From contig NW_026868080.1 in assembly GCF_020745735.1 (NCBI RefSeq), positions 1 through 64,000 on the forward strand: DNA of 64,000 bases. The letters are read 5' to 3'. The notes under the pieces were generated by a model that worked only from the letters and a program-made list of their open reading frames with translations, was not told where the DNA came from and did no database searches. Source of the DNA: Hemiscyllium ocellatum. Lineage: Eukaryota. This document shows, one piece after another, positions 24,905 to 38,569 of the stretch (position 1 is the stretch's first letter; every line of letters starts with the position of its first letter). A program made the translations under genes and the position numbers.

Positions 24905-26155
24905 GACAAGTAGATGACTGAGTTTTTGAAGAAGTAATCACAAACCTTGATAAAGGTAGAGCAGTACACTCTGTCTACTCGGACTTTAGCAAGGCCTTAG
25001 ACAAGGTTCCTCATGGTAGATTGCTCAGTAAGATTATATCACATAGGATCCAAGGAGAGTGAGCCAATTAGATATAAAATTGGCCTGATGATAGGAGGCA
25101 GAGGCTGGTGAGAGAGGGTTGTTCTTCAGACTGGAGGCCAGTGACCAGCCGTCTGCCACAAGAATCGATCCTGGATCCACTGTTGTTCGTCATTTATATG
25201 AACAATTTGGAGAGAAAATAGCAGGAATGGTCAGGAAGTTTGTGGCTGACATTAAAATTGTTGGCATCGTGGACAGGGAAGAAGGTTATCGAAGAGTGCA
25301 ATGTCATCTTCATCAACTGGGCCAGTGGGTCAACAAATCCAGATGGAAATTCTGATGAATGGAAGGAGTTACATTTTGGTAAGGCAAACCAGGGCAGGAA
25401 TTACACAATTAATGGTAGAGCCATGGGGAGTGTTGTTGAACAGAGAGACCGAGGGGTACAGGTACATAGTTCCTGGAAAATGGTGTCACAGGTAGACAGG
25501 GTGGTGAAGAAGGTATTTGGCACGTGCACCTTCACTGGTCAAAGCAGAGAGTACAGGAGCTGGGACATCATGTTACAGCTGTACAAGGCATCGGTAAGGC
25601 CACATTTGGTCACTGTGTACATTTCTGCTCACCCTGCTATAGGAAGGAAGTCATTACGCTGGTTTGAATAAAAGAAAGATTAACAGGGATGTTACCAAGA
25701 TTGGAGGGTTTGAATTATAAGGCGAGGATGGATATGCCAAGATGTTTTTTCCAGGGAATGCAGGAGATTGAGGGGTGACCTTATATAGGTTTATAGAATC
25801 ATGAGGGTCATAGATAAGGTAAATAGCCAAAGTCTTTTCCCCAGGGTAGGAGAATCCAGTACTAGAAGGAATAGGTTTAAGTTGAGGGGGGAAAGGATTA
25901 AAAGGAAACTGAGAGACAACCTTTTCACACAGAGGTTGGTGTGTATGTGTAATGAGCTGCCAGAGGAAGTGGTAGAGGGGAGTACAGTTACTACATTTCA
26001 AGGAGATTTTTACAGCAACATGGATAGGAAGGATTCAGAGAGATTTGGGCCAAACACAGGCAAATGGGATTTGTTCAGTTTTGGAAACTTGGTAAGCATG
26101 GATGAGTTGGGCTGAAGGGCCTGATGCCATGCTGTAAACCTCTATGACTCTATGA
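24905..26155 (+). mobile_element. CR1 RT-to-3'-end fragment inserted in the minisatellite
   Basis: DFSKALDKVPH, FVADIKI and TRRNRFKL remnants; CTATGACTCTATG tail. Confidence 0.88.
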
Positions 26156-28320
26156 TGATGTATACATGAGCCACCTTCCCATAGAACCAGTAAACATGGA
26201 CCTCCGTCCCACTGGAACCTCCAACAGACACCAATAAACATAGACCTCCTTCTCACTGGATGCTTCAGGAGAGACCAGTAAACATGGGCCTCCTTCCCAC
26301 TGGACTGTCCAGTACTTGAGCTGCAAACCCCAAATCCACTCCATCATGAAGGTCCCTTATTTCAGTCTCAACAACACTGTCTGTCTCTGCACGACTTCAG
26401 TCCCCTGACCACAGAAACACTAATTCCTGCTTGTCCTAACTATTGATTCCAATGTCCTCTCCCGGCTTCCTGAAGTCACATTCCATAAACCCCAACTTGT
26501 CTGATATGGAGTGGTCCCTTCCTTGTCTGACATCTGAAGTCGTTCAAGAATGAGCTCACATACAACCAATTGCCTCCATGGCCTCCCTCCTCCCTCAATC
26601 TGTGTCCTGCTGCAGACTCACTTTCCCTCCCTCCCCCTTCCATCTTCTGTCTCTAGTCTCCTGCCCATTGCTGCTTCCTCCATCCCACCATTGACAGCAG
26701 AGCCTTCAGGCCCCTACAGCATGCTCTCTGACCTCCTGCCCTTCATCCCTCCTCCTCCTCTCAATTGTTGTGTTACTGAATATATTGTTCAGTCCCATTG
26801 CTTTTGGTTTACTGTTCCCTTGTCATTGATTTGCTGACTTACTCTAGTGAATCTAGTCTGGGCCTGTTTCCTGAGTTGTCAAGAGTGTTTGAGAAAGCAT
26901 TCTTCTGTAAACTGGATTGTCTGTTTCTCCCAGTCTTTGTGTAAAGGTGAGACTAAGTGTGTGTAAGTTCTTATACAGCACAGACAGAGGTCATTGGGCC
27001 TATTGTGACTGTTAGACAAATTAGTCCAATGAGTCCCATTTACCCAGCCCTTCCTGTATAACCCTGCAATTGTTTCCTTTACAGCTATTTCTCCAAAGGC
27101 CCTTTTGAAAGTTGCTGTTGAATCCACTCCCACTCACCTTGCAGACAGACATCATAAACTCGCTGGATAAAAATGTTCCTATCTTCTCTCTTGTTCTTCA
27201 GACCCTTTCTGAAATGTGTGCCCTCTGGTTACTGACCCTCCTGCCTGGAGAAACAATTTGTCCTGTATTTACTGCATCCAAACTCTCTAATTGTGAACCC
27301 CTCATTGAGTGAGACCTATTTCCAGCACAGGGGGAGAACATTCAGCCTGTCAGGTAAATGCTGTCATTTCATGGAGCAATCCAGTCAGTCCCACCCCCTC
27401 CCCTACTCGACCCCCAGAGCCTTGCAGGTTTATTTCCATCAAGAGCCCATCCAATCTGCCATTGCAATCACTGAGTGTCTTCACCTGCCTCACCTGAATG
27501 GCACTAATTTCCAATTTATTACCAATTGCTGTTCAAAACAAAGTTCTTCCTGACATCCCGAATCTCTTGCCCAACAAAATGTAAGGTAACTTAAATGTGA
27601 AGATGGGATTTTGTCTCCACACGGACTGTGCGGTGGTCACCCTTACTGATACTGTCATGGACAGATACACCAGCAGCAGGCAGGTTGGTGAGGGTGATAG
27701 TGAGTATGTTGTTCCCTCTTGTTGGTTCCCTCACCACCTGCCCCAGGTCCAGTCGAGCAGCTGAATCAGGTGGAACCTGACCAGCTTGCTCAGTAGTGAT
27801 GCTTCTGAGCAGCTTTTGATGGTGGACTTTGAAGTCCCTTACTCACGGTATATCCTGCATCATTCCCACCCTCAGTGCTCCCTCCAAGTGTTGTCAAACA
27901 TGGAGGAGGACTGACTGCTCAGTTGAGGTTGGAGGGGAGGGCGGTGCTATGTGGTAATCAGCAGGAGGTTTCCTTCCCCATGTTTGACCTGCTGTCATGA
28001 GGCTTCATGGGTTCCATAGTTAATGGTGAGGACTCCCAGGGCAACTCCCTTCTGACTGTACACACCACTGTGTTGCTTCCCCTGCTTGGTCTATCCTGCC
28101 AGTTAAAAACTGAATGAGGGAACAATTCTGTGCAGGTTTCACAGCTTGGAGACAGAGCTGCTGCTGGATTCTGTTTCTAATCTCGAAGTGCAGGCGTGTG
28201 TGTTTGTGAGAGAGTGACTGACACTTTTTCCATCACTGTGCTGTTTCTGAAAAGAAAAATCCCAGAACCAGCCTCCTGTGCTGTCAGGTTCCAGGGAGAG
28301 CAGACAGTTCACAGTTTTCT

Positions 28321-28512
28321 CCCATCTCAGTAACAAACACCCAGCTGCTCCGAGCTCCTTCTTTCACTTCCTCTTTTGGTGAATTTTCAACCTTGTGCTC
28401 TGACAGTCTTTGCAACTATTTTTTACACTGGGGCTTTCTGCTGTGGTCAGAATCTCTAATAATAAGTGTCTAATCAGTGACAATCACAGCAGCTAAGAGC
28501 AGTCAGGACTGA
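28321..28512. promoter_or_regulatory. Candidate B-cell enhancer upstream of V1 (EICE + E-box + RUNX)
   Basis: TTTCACTTCCTC (GGAAGTGAAA on the minus strand) 28362-28373, CAGCTG 28342-28347, TGTGGT 28442-28447. Non-repetitive and conserved in the other arm. Confidence 0.6.
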
Positions 28513-29159
28513 AAAGCCCGGACTCACTGTGTAACATATTGGGAAGATCAAAGCCATCCTCTTCATCTCCTGCTCCAAACTCCATCCCTCTCCCTGGGGG
28601 TCTGCTGCACAACCAGACCCTTTACAAACGTGGCCACATCTCTGAGAATGATCTGACCCCTATATCCTCCATATTATACAGACCAGCCACTGAAAATCTC
28701 AATCATGTCTGTGGGACTCCAAACATGACCATTCCAATGTTGTGCTAGCACACATCACAGCAATCGCCCTCCATAACCTTCAGTTCATCCCAAATTCTGA
28801 TGCCTGTATTCAAACTTGCATCAAGTCCTGTTCCCCCAACCCCCTGCACCCTGTATCTACATTGGCTCCTCTCCAGCAACTCCTTGATTGTCGAGTTCTC
28901 ATCCTTGTTCGCAAAACCCTCTCTGCCCTCCACCCTCCCTATCTCTGCCTCAGTCAGTGTGATCAGCAATCTTGGATGTACAGCTCTCTGTTTCTTCATC
29001 CAAGTCATTCAGAAATATCATAAAAAGCTGAGCTCCCAGCACAGATCCCTGGGGATACCACTATTCACATCTTCCTCACTGGAGGATGCACTCACTATTC
29101 TTCCTCTCTGCCTCCTACCTCCAAACTAATTCCTGACCAAAGACAAATACTTTTCTCTG

Positions 29160-30215
29160 ATTGGCTTGATGGTAGGAAGCAGTGGGTAACAGTGGAAGGA
29201 TGCTTGTCAGACTAGAGGCCTGTGTCTAGTGGAGTGCCTCAGGGCTCAGTCCTGGGCCCATTACTCATTGCTATCCACATCAATAACTTGGATGAGAATC
29301 TGCAAGGCATGATTGGGAAGTTTGCAGATGACATTACAGTAGACATTGAGGGAGGTTATCAGAAATTGCAGCAGGACCTTGATCAGCTGGAGAAATGAGC
29401 AGAGAAATGACAAAATGAGTTCAGAGAGATAATTGTGATAGTTGCACTTTCGGAAGTTTAATCGAGGTGGGAGTACCATGGTGAATGGTAAGGCCTTAAG
29501 GACTGTAGTGAAACAGAGAGATCTTGGAGTTCAGGTACACGGTTCTCTGGAAGTTGAGTCACAGTTCGACAGGGCAGTGAGGAAGGCTTTTGACACACTG
29601 GCCTTCATCAGTCAGGGCATTGAGTATAGAAGTTGAGAAGTTATGTTACCATTGTACAGAACGTTGGTGAGGTCGCACTTGGAGTATTTGGTCACCTTGT
29701 TATAGGAAGGACATTATTAAACTGGAACAAGTTCAGAGGAAATGTACAAGCATGTTGCTAGGACTCAACAATCTGAGTTTTTGTGAGAGGTTGGACAAGC
29801 TAGGACTTTTTTCAGAGAGTGTAGGAGACTGAGGGTTTTTTTTTTAGAAGTGTATAAGACCTTGAGAGACATGGATAGGGTGAATGCACTCAGTCTTTTT
29901 CCCAGGGTTGGGGAATTGAGGATGAGAGGGGTTTTAGGTTAGAGGAGAAAGAATAAAAGGGAACCTGAGGGACAACTTGTTTACACAGAGGGTGGCACGC
30001 ATATGGAATGATCTGCCAGTGGAAGTGATTGAGGCGGGTATATTAACAACTTTAAAAAGGCATTTGGACAAATGCATGGATAGGAAAGGCTCCGAAGGAT
30101 ATGGGCCAAGTGCAGGGAAATGGGGTTAGCATGGATGGACATTTTGGTCAGCATGGACCAGTGTGGACCAAAAAGCCTGTCTCTGTGCTGTAGGACTCGA
30201 TGACTCTTTGACTCT
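29160..30215 (+). mobile_element. 5'-truncated CR1, present only in arm 1
   Basis: RT motifs SGVPQGSVLG and FADD; the flanks are contiguous in arm 2 at about 48700-48770. Confidence 0.88.
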
Positions 30216-31519
30216 ATAATTCCATAGGTTTCTATGTTTACGGACAGTCTCTCAAACGCAGAACAAAGTAACGAACAGCAGGACTAGGCCATTCAGCCCT
30301 TCGAGTGGGGTCTGCCATTAAATATGACCATGGCTGATCATTCAACTTAGTCCCGTTCCCACTTTTTTCCCATAACCTTAATCCCTTTCGTCCTAAGTCC
30401 CTTTAGACCTATCTCCTTCTTGAAAACTTTTAATGTTTTGGTCTCAACTGCTTTCTGTGATAGAATATTCCATGAGCTTCCCACTCTCTGGCTAAAGAAA
30501 TGTCTCCTCAGCTCAGTCTGAAATAACCTTTCCCTTTTCTTTAAACTGTAATTCCTGGTTCTGGATTCTCCAATGATCAGGAACATACTTCCTGTGTTTT
30601 TCCGGTCTTGTCCTGTTAGGATTTTAAAGGTTCCAACGTGATTCCTCTCAATCTTCTAACCTCCAGTGAATATAATCCTAACTGATCCAGTTTCTCAACA
30701 GATCTAAGTGCTGTCATCCCAGGAATCAGTCTGGTAAACTTTCGCTGTCCTCCCTCCACAACCAGAACATCCTTTCTCAGATAAGGAGACCAAAACTGTA
30801 CACAATACAATCATAAAATCACACAGTACAGAACAGGTCCTTCAGCCCATTAACTGTGTACCAGCCAAACTACACTAAACCTGCACCAATCCCACTTTCC
30901 AATATGAGCCCATAGCTAGAATGTTATGACATTTCAACTGCTCACCCAAGTACTTTTTAAAGTTTGTGAGGTTTCCCACGTCAACTGCTCTCCCAGGCTG
31001 TGCGTTCCAGACCCCCACCACCCTCTGGATAAAAAAACATTTTCCTCAAAACATCTTGAAACTTCCTATCTTTCACAATGAATGTAAACCAACTTTTTAT
31101 TGACCCTCCCATGAAGAAGAACAGCTGCTTTCTCTCCTCCCTGTCCATTCCTCTCATAACCTTATACACCTCGATCAGGTCCCCCTCCACCTTCTCTGCT
31201 CTGAAGAAAACAACCGAGCTGATCCAATTTCTCTTCATCACTAAGAGGTTCCATCCCACACAACATCCTGGTGATTCCCCTCTGCACCCCATCCAGTGCA
31301 ATCACATCCTTCCTACAGTGTGGTGACCTGAACTGCACACAGTACTCCAGCTGTGGCCTAACCAATGTTCTGCTTAACTGCACCATATCCTCCTGCTTTT
31401 ATAACCAATACCTGACATGACCAAGGCAAGTGTCCTCTGTTAACCTGTCTTGCCACATTCGGGGATCAGTGGACAAGTACCCCAAGATCATTCTGTTCCT
31501 TTGAGCTTTCTCAGGTCCA

Positions 31520-34500
31520 AGAACAAGGGACAAAGAAAATTACAAAACAGGAACAGGCCCTTCGGCCCTCCAAGCCTGCACTGATCCATAGCTTCAATCT
31601 CGACCTATCATCAATTTTCCAAGGATCTGTATCCCTCTGCTCCCTGCCCATTCATGCATCTATCTCGATACATCTTTAATGATGCTATCATGCCCGCCTC
31701 TACCACTTCCGCTGGCAACGTGTTCCAGGTACCAACCACTCTCTGCGTAAAGAACGTTCCACGCATATCTCCCTTAAACCTTTCTCCTCTCACCTTGAAC
31801 CCATGGTCCCTAGCAATTGAACCCCTCACTCTGGGAAAAATCTTCTTGCTATCCATCATGTTTATAGCTCTCATGATTTTGTAGACCTCTAGCAGGTCCT
31901 CCCTCAATCTTCAACTTTCTATTGAAAATGATGCTAATCTACTCAACCTCTCTTCATAGCTCATGCCCTCCATATGAGACAATCCTGGTTAAGCTCCTCT
32001 GCACCGTCTCCAAAGCATCCTCATCCTTTTGGTAATGTGGCGACCAGAACTGTATGCAGTATTCCAAATGTGGCCAAGCCAAATTCTGATACAATTCTAA
32101 CATGACCTGCCTACTCTTGTACCCCAACCGATGAAGGAAAGCATGCCATCTGCCCTCTGGACCACTCTATCAACCTGCATTACCACCTTCAGGGTACAAT
32201 GGACCCGAACATCCAGATCTCTCTGTGCATCAATTTTCCCCAGGGCTTTCCATTCAGCATCTAGTTTACTCCAGAATTGGATCTTCCAAAATTCATCAGA
32301 TCACATTTGCCCGGATTGAACTCCATCTGTCTGTTTCTCTGCCCAACTCTCCAATCTATCTATATTCTGCTGCATTCTCTGACAGTCCCCTTCACTATCT
32401 GCTACTCCACCAATCTTAGTGTCATCTGCAAACTTGTTAATCAGACCACCTATACCTTCTTCCAGATCATTTATATATATCATATAAACAAGAGTGTTCT
32501 CAGCATGTATTCCTGTTCTCCATTTTGAGAAATTCCCTTCCACTACTACTCTCTGTCTCCTGTTGCCCAGCCTGTTCTATATCCATCTAGCTAGTACATA
32601 CTGGACCCCATGCAACTTTAATTTCTCTATCAGGCTACATGGGGAATGTTATCAAACACCTTACTGAAGTCCATGTGTATGACATCTACAGCTCTTCCCT
32701 AATCTATCAACTTTGTCACTTCTTCAAAAAATTCTATGAAGTAGGTAAGACATGAAATTCCCTGCACAAAATCATGTTGCCTATCACTGATACATCCATT
32801 TTCTTCCAAATCAGTATCTGCTTCAGCAGCTTCCCTTCCACTGACGTCAGGCTCACCGCTTGATAATTACCTGGATTATCTTTGCTACTCTTTTTATACA
32901 AGGGGACAACATTAGCTATTCTCCAGTCCTCTGGGACCTCACCCATGTTCAAGATTGCTACATAGATATCTCTTAAGGCCCCAGCTATCTCCTCTCTTGC
33001 TTCCCACAGTACCCGGGGATAGATTCCATCCTGACCTGGGGACCTGTCCACCTTAATGCCTTTTAGAATACTCAACACTTTCTCCCGCCTTAAACCAACT
33101 TGACCAAGAGTAATCAAACATCTATCCCCAACTTCAATGTCCAGCTTTTCCCTCTCCTTGGTGAGTACCAAAACAAACCACTCATTTAGAATCTCTCCCA
33201 TTTTCCCTAACTCCATGCTTAAATTTCCTCTGTCCTTGAGTGGGCCAACCCTTTCTCTAGTCACCCTCTTGCTCCTTATATATGAATAAAAGGCTTTGGG
33301 ATTTCCTTAACCCATTTTGATAATGATATTTTGTGACCCCTTTTAGCCCTTTTAATTCCTAATTTCAGATCGGTCCTAGTTTCCCAATATTCTTCCAAAG
33401 CTTTGCCTGTTGTCAGCCACCTAGACTTTATGGATGCATCCTTTTTCCTCTTAGCTAGTCTCACAATTTCACCTGTCATCCAGGGTTCCCTAATCTTGTC
33501 ATTTCAATCCCTCATTGTCACAGGGTCATGTCTGTCCTGCATTCTAATCAACCTCTCTTACAAAGCCTCCCACATATCAAATGTGGATTTACCCTCAAAC
33601 AGCTGCTCCCAATCCACATTACCCAGCTTCTGCCGAATTTTGCTATAGTTGGCCTTCCCCCAGTTTAGCCCTCTTCCTTTCGGACCACTCTTGTCTTTGT
33701 CCATTAGCATTCTAAAAACTTACGGAATTGTGATCACTGTTCCCAAAGTAATCCCCGACTGAGATTTCAACCACCTGGCTGGGCTCATTCCCCAACACCA
33801 GGTCCAGTATGGCCCCTTCCTGAGTTGAACTATTTACATACTATGTAAAATCCTCCTGGGTGCTCCTTACAAATTTTGCTCTGTCTAAACCTATAACTTT
33901 AAATGAATCCCCGTCAATGTTGAGAAAATTAAAATCTCCCATCGCCACCACCCTGTTGCTCCTACATCTTCTGTAATCTGTTTACATATTTGACCGCTAT
34001 CTCGTGCTGGCTGTTGGGAGGACTATAGTACAGCCCCAGCATTGTTACTGTACCCTTCCTGTTTCTGAGGTCTGCCCAAATTGCCCCTCTGCTCAAGTCC
34101 TCCATCGTGCCTTCCTTCAGCACAGCTGTGATGTCCTCTCTGACCAGTAATGCTACTCCTCTACCCCTTTTACCTCCGTCTTGAACCCATCAGATACATC
34201 TGTATCCTGGGATATTTAGTTGCCAATCTTGCCTTTCCCTCAACCAAGTCTCAGTAATAGCAATAACATCATACTACCAGGTACAAATCCAAGCCCTAAA
34301 TTCCTCTGCCTTACCTACTACACTTTTTGCATTAAAACAAATGCATCTCAGACCACCTGTCCCTTTGTGTTCATCATCTACCTATTCTTACCCTTAGTCA
34401 CGCCCATTTCATTACTTAGTTCCTTACAGGTTTTAGTTACTACCTCCTTACTGTCCACTAACCTCCTCATTTGGTTCCCATCACTCAGCTACATTATTTT

Positions 34501-34940
34501 GAACCGTCCCCAAGAACGTGAGCAAAAGTAGCCTGGAGGACATTGGTTCCAGTCCTGCCCAGGTGCAGGCATTCTTGATTTGTAATAGTCCCACCTCCCC
34601 CAGAACCAATCCCAATGTCGCAAAAATCTGAACCCCCCCCCCCCCCCCTCACTGCGCCATATCTCAAGCCACTCATTCATCCTGCCTATTCTTCCATGTC
34701 TATTCTGACTAATACGCGGCACTGGTTGCAATCCTGAGATTACTACCTCTGAGGTCCTTATTTTTAATGTGGTTCCTAACTCCCTAAATTCTGCATGTTG
34801 GACCTCATCCCGTTTATTATGTATATCATTGCGGCCTACATGCACCATCACAGCTATCTGTTCACCCTCCCCCTTCAGAGCTATTCGGAAGTCTCGTTTT
34901 TGACCACAGAACCACCTATCTATTCCCCTTACAAAGTCCA
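31520..34940 (-). mobile_element. Near-complete degenerate CR1 (3' part of ORF1 + ORF2)
   Basis: ORFs 34489-35037 (esterase-like ORF1), 32734-33264, 32301-32543 (YINDL...FADDTKIGG) and 31611-31907. Confidence 0.9.
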
Positions 34941-35334
34941 AATAAACCACATCCGCTGGCTCCCCCTTGTCAAATCCATTCACTACATCCTCAAACAAGT
35001 CCAGTCGATTTGTTAAGCATGATTTTTCTTTTGACAATCCATGCTGACTCTGCCCAATTCTGTCACTGTTTTCTCAGTGCGAAGCTATAAAATATTTTAT
35101 AATGAATTCGAGCTTTTTCTCCACTGCTGATGTCTGACTAATTGGTCTAACATTCCCTAAAGTTAATGCTCAATGTTTCCCTTCATGGGAAAGTAAGGGC
35201 AATGCAGAAAACCACTGAGTGACCACTAGGACACGATCCAGGATACAGGAGGATCAGAAAGCTGAATTGTAGCTATTTCAATGTAAGGAGCTTGACCAGT
35301 AATGTGGTTGAACTGAGAACATTGAACGGCACTT

Positions 35335-36430
35335 GGGAATACAGAGTCAGCGAGACATAGAGATGTACAACGTGGAAACAAACCCTTTGGTCCAACCTGT
35401 CCATGCCGACCAGATGTCCCAACCCAATCTAGTCCCACCTGCCAGCACCCGGCCCACATCCCCCCAAACCATTTTTATTCATGTGTGCATCCAAATGCCT
35501 TTTAAATGTTGCAATTGTACCAGCCTCCACCACTTCCTCTGGCAGCTCATTCCATACACATACCACCCTCTGCGTGAAAAAGTTGCCCCTTGCGTCTCTT
35601 TTATATCATTCCCCTCTCACCCTAAACCTATGCCCTCTAGTTCTGGACTCCCCAACCCCAGGGAAAAGACTTTGACTATTTATCCTATCCATGCTCCTCA
35701 TAATTTTGTAAACCTCTATAAGGTCACCCTCAGCCTCTGCCGCTCCAGGGAAAACAGCCCCAGCCTGTTCAGCCTCTCACTTTAGCTCAAATCCTCCAAC
35801 CCTGGCAACATCCTAATAAATCTTTTTTGAACACTTTCAAGTTTCACAACATCTTTTCGATAGGAAGGAGACCAGAATATTTCAACAGTGGCCTCACCAA
35901 TGTCGTATACAGCCACAACATGACCTCCTAACTCCTCTATTCGATACTCTGACCAATAAAGGAAAGCATAGCAAACACCTTCTTCACTATCCTATCTACC
36001 TGTGACTCCACTTTCAAGGAGCTATGAACCTGCACTCTAAGGTCTCTTTGTTCAGCAACACTCTCTAGGACCTTATCATTAAGTGTATAAGTCCTGCTAA
36101 GGTTTGCTTTCCCAAAATGTATCACCTCGCATTTATCTGAATTAAACTCCATCTGCCACTTCTCAGCCCATTGGCCCATCTGATCAAGATCCCGTTGTAA
36201 TCTGAGGTAACCTTCTTTGCTTAAAAGAAATCCCTGAAGAAGGGCTTATGCCCGAAACGTCGATTCTCCTGCTCCTTTGATGCTGCCTGACCTGCTGCGC
36301 TTTTCCAGCAACACATTTTCAGCTCTGATCTCCAGCAACTTCAGTCCTCACTTTCTCCGAACCTTCTTTGCTGTCCACTCCACCTCCAATTTTGGTGTCA
36401 TCTGCAAACTTACTAACCATACCTCTTATG
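35335..36430 (-). mobile_element. CR1 3' fragment with a MER6-like piece at 36222-36352
   Basis: ORF 35937-36179 QWAEKWQMEFNSDKCEV and a well-preserved tail. Confidence 0.88.
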
Positions 36431-38569
36431 CTATTTCATATGCTGTTGCATTGTCTTTTTGGAATATCATATTGTTGCAATTGCTGAGACAAGATTGAAC
36501 AAAGATAGGACTGGCCACTCAACATTCCAGGGTAGACAAGTCTGAGGTGGGATAGACAGGGCGCAAGAGAGGTGGGTGTGTTGCATTATTGATAAAAGAA
36601 ACCATGACTGCAGTATTGCTACTGAAGGAGCATTTCTTGGAAGGGTCTTCAAATGACGCCGTCTGGGTAGAGCTAGACAAAAGGACAATCACTTTGCTGG
36701 GATTATACTACAGCCTCCCCAATAGTCAGATGGAGAGAGAGGAGCAGATATGTCGGCAAAGCAATGAGAGGCTTGAGAGGAATAGGGCTATATTAGCAAG
36801 GAATTTCAACTTCTCTAACATAAACTTTATGTTTGACTTCATGTGAATGGAATTTTTAAAGTCCATCCAGGAGAGCTTTTGGTGCCAGTACGTAGATAGT
36901 CCCACTAGACATGGGCAGTGCTGAGCTCAATCCGAGTAATGTCAAATTGTTGAAGAGTCAATGGGTGAGCATTTTGGAGATAGGGAACATAACTCCGTAC
37001 GTTTCCTAACTATTATGGAAAGGAATAAGGGTAGTGCAGAAGTTAAATGTCTAAAGTGAGGCAAGGCCAATTTCAATTTCATTAGACAGGATCTGGCAAA
37101 TATAGACTGGGATCAGTTACTTGGAGGTCAGTCTACATTTGGAAAATGGGGATCTTTTTAATGTAGTTCAGCGCCAGCTCAGAAAGAAAGGCAAGGACAG
37201 CAGCTCCTGGGATCCTGGATGTCAAAGGACATGGATAGTTTGTGAAAGAAAAAGGAATAAGCACATACCAAGTACAGAGCATCAAAAAGAGGGGAGGCCC
37301 TTCAAGAGAAGCGAAAGTGTGGGGAGGTACTTAAAAAATAGGAGGACAAAGAGGGGCCATAAAATATCTTTGGCAGCCTGATCCCCTCACCCCAGAATAC
37401 TTAGGAAAGTGGTATTAGAAAGAATAGATGCACTCGTCGTCATCTTTCAGAAATCTAGACTCAGGAGCAGTTCCTATGGACTGGAAAGTGGCTAAAATAA
37501 CCCCACTATTTTAAGAAGGAAGACAGATAGAACACAGTGTTTTTTGTCGACCAGTTAGCTTGGCATCAGTAGTGGGAGAAATACGGGAGTCTATTATAAA
37601 AGATACGCAGCAAATGTTATTGTAACCTGTACCTTATGAACCGGCATTCTTGACAAACCGGCAAAAGTTATATCCCTCAAATGCTGCAAAGTTTAATATA
37701 TCATTCTGTCCAATTATTATACATTTATAATTTATTAACTTCAGTGTAAATATACTTGTTTTCCAATTGAATGGCCACATGAAATACCAACAGTTGATTC
37801 AATTTCGAGTCAATTTCTCCTCAAACACAGTGACCTGCCGCGATGCCTGGGTAATCAGTTGAGAGTGTGAGTGAGAAGGATATGGGGAGAAAGTGGGCTA
37901 TTCTAGATACAAAGCATTGCTGACCACAATCATCATCTAGTGGCCTGCTGGGTGTAGCTTGTCAGGAGCTGAACAAGAAAGAAAGAGTCATTAGGCTGAA
38001 CAAGAAAGTTTGCAATTAAAGATGCCCAAGTACATCAGTCACATACTGAGAGCAAAAGGATTTGCCTGGATTCTGGAAAGGTAAGAGCGGTGGCAGTGAT
38101 GTGGTGACTGACAGATGTGAAAACAGTGTAAGGGTTTGTTGGATTCATCAAATACGAAGTGTCAATTTCTAATTAGAGTGACAATCATGATGCTAGCCAA
38201 CTATTCCCATCCCAACTGCTGGTATTATTGGACAACACAGATCTCAGACTGAAACACAAACAAACTGCTGAAGAAATGCAGTTGGTCTGCAGCATCTGTA
38301 GAGCATAAGTACGCAATGCTGATGATTTAGATTGAATAATAAGACCTCAGTGTACAAAAGAAATGATGATAAAATAAAACATACTGACAGAAAACACAAT
38401 TGCAAAAGATTTCAAAACAAGGCAAAATAAAATCCTTTCTATTCAAACATTATAGCTTTATTGTATTGAAATAACAGTGAGAAGGCGTTCATTTCTCTAA
38501 CGTGTCTTTAGGTTTAACTTAACTGTAGTTTTCATTTCATTGTCTTGAAAGTTTAATTGCCTTTTCCTT

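Larger units (their letters stand above)
15240..31500 (-). repeat. Left arm of a large inverted segmental duplication (cluster 1 side)
   Basis: Collinear inverted matches: 15240-15560~63360-63690, 15500-18330~59820-63440, 18430-19380~58870-59740, 21120-22730~54180-55870, 24200-24900~52040-52860, 26200-26550~50600-50960, 28300-29150~48770-49870, 30250-31400~47540-48700. Confidence 0.9.

Noticed and set aside
37620-38560. AT-rich unclassified segment as a DNA transposon or exon
   Set aside because: I could not find convincing terminal inverted repeats, a transposase motif or a splice-bounded ORF.
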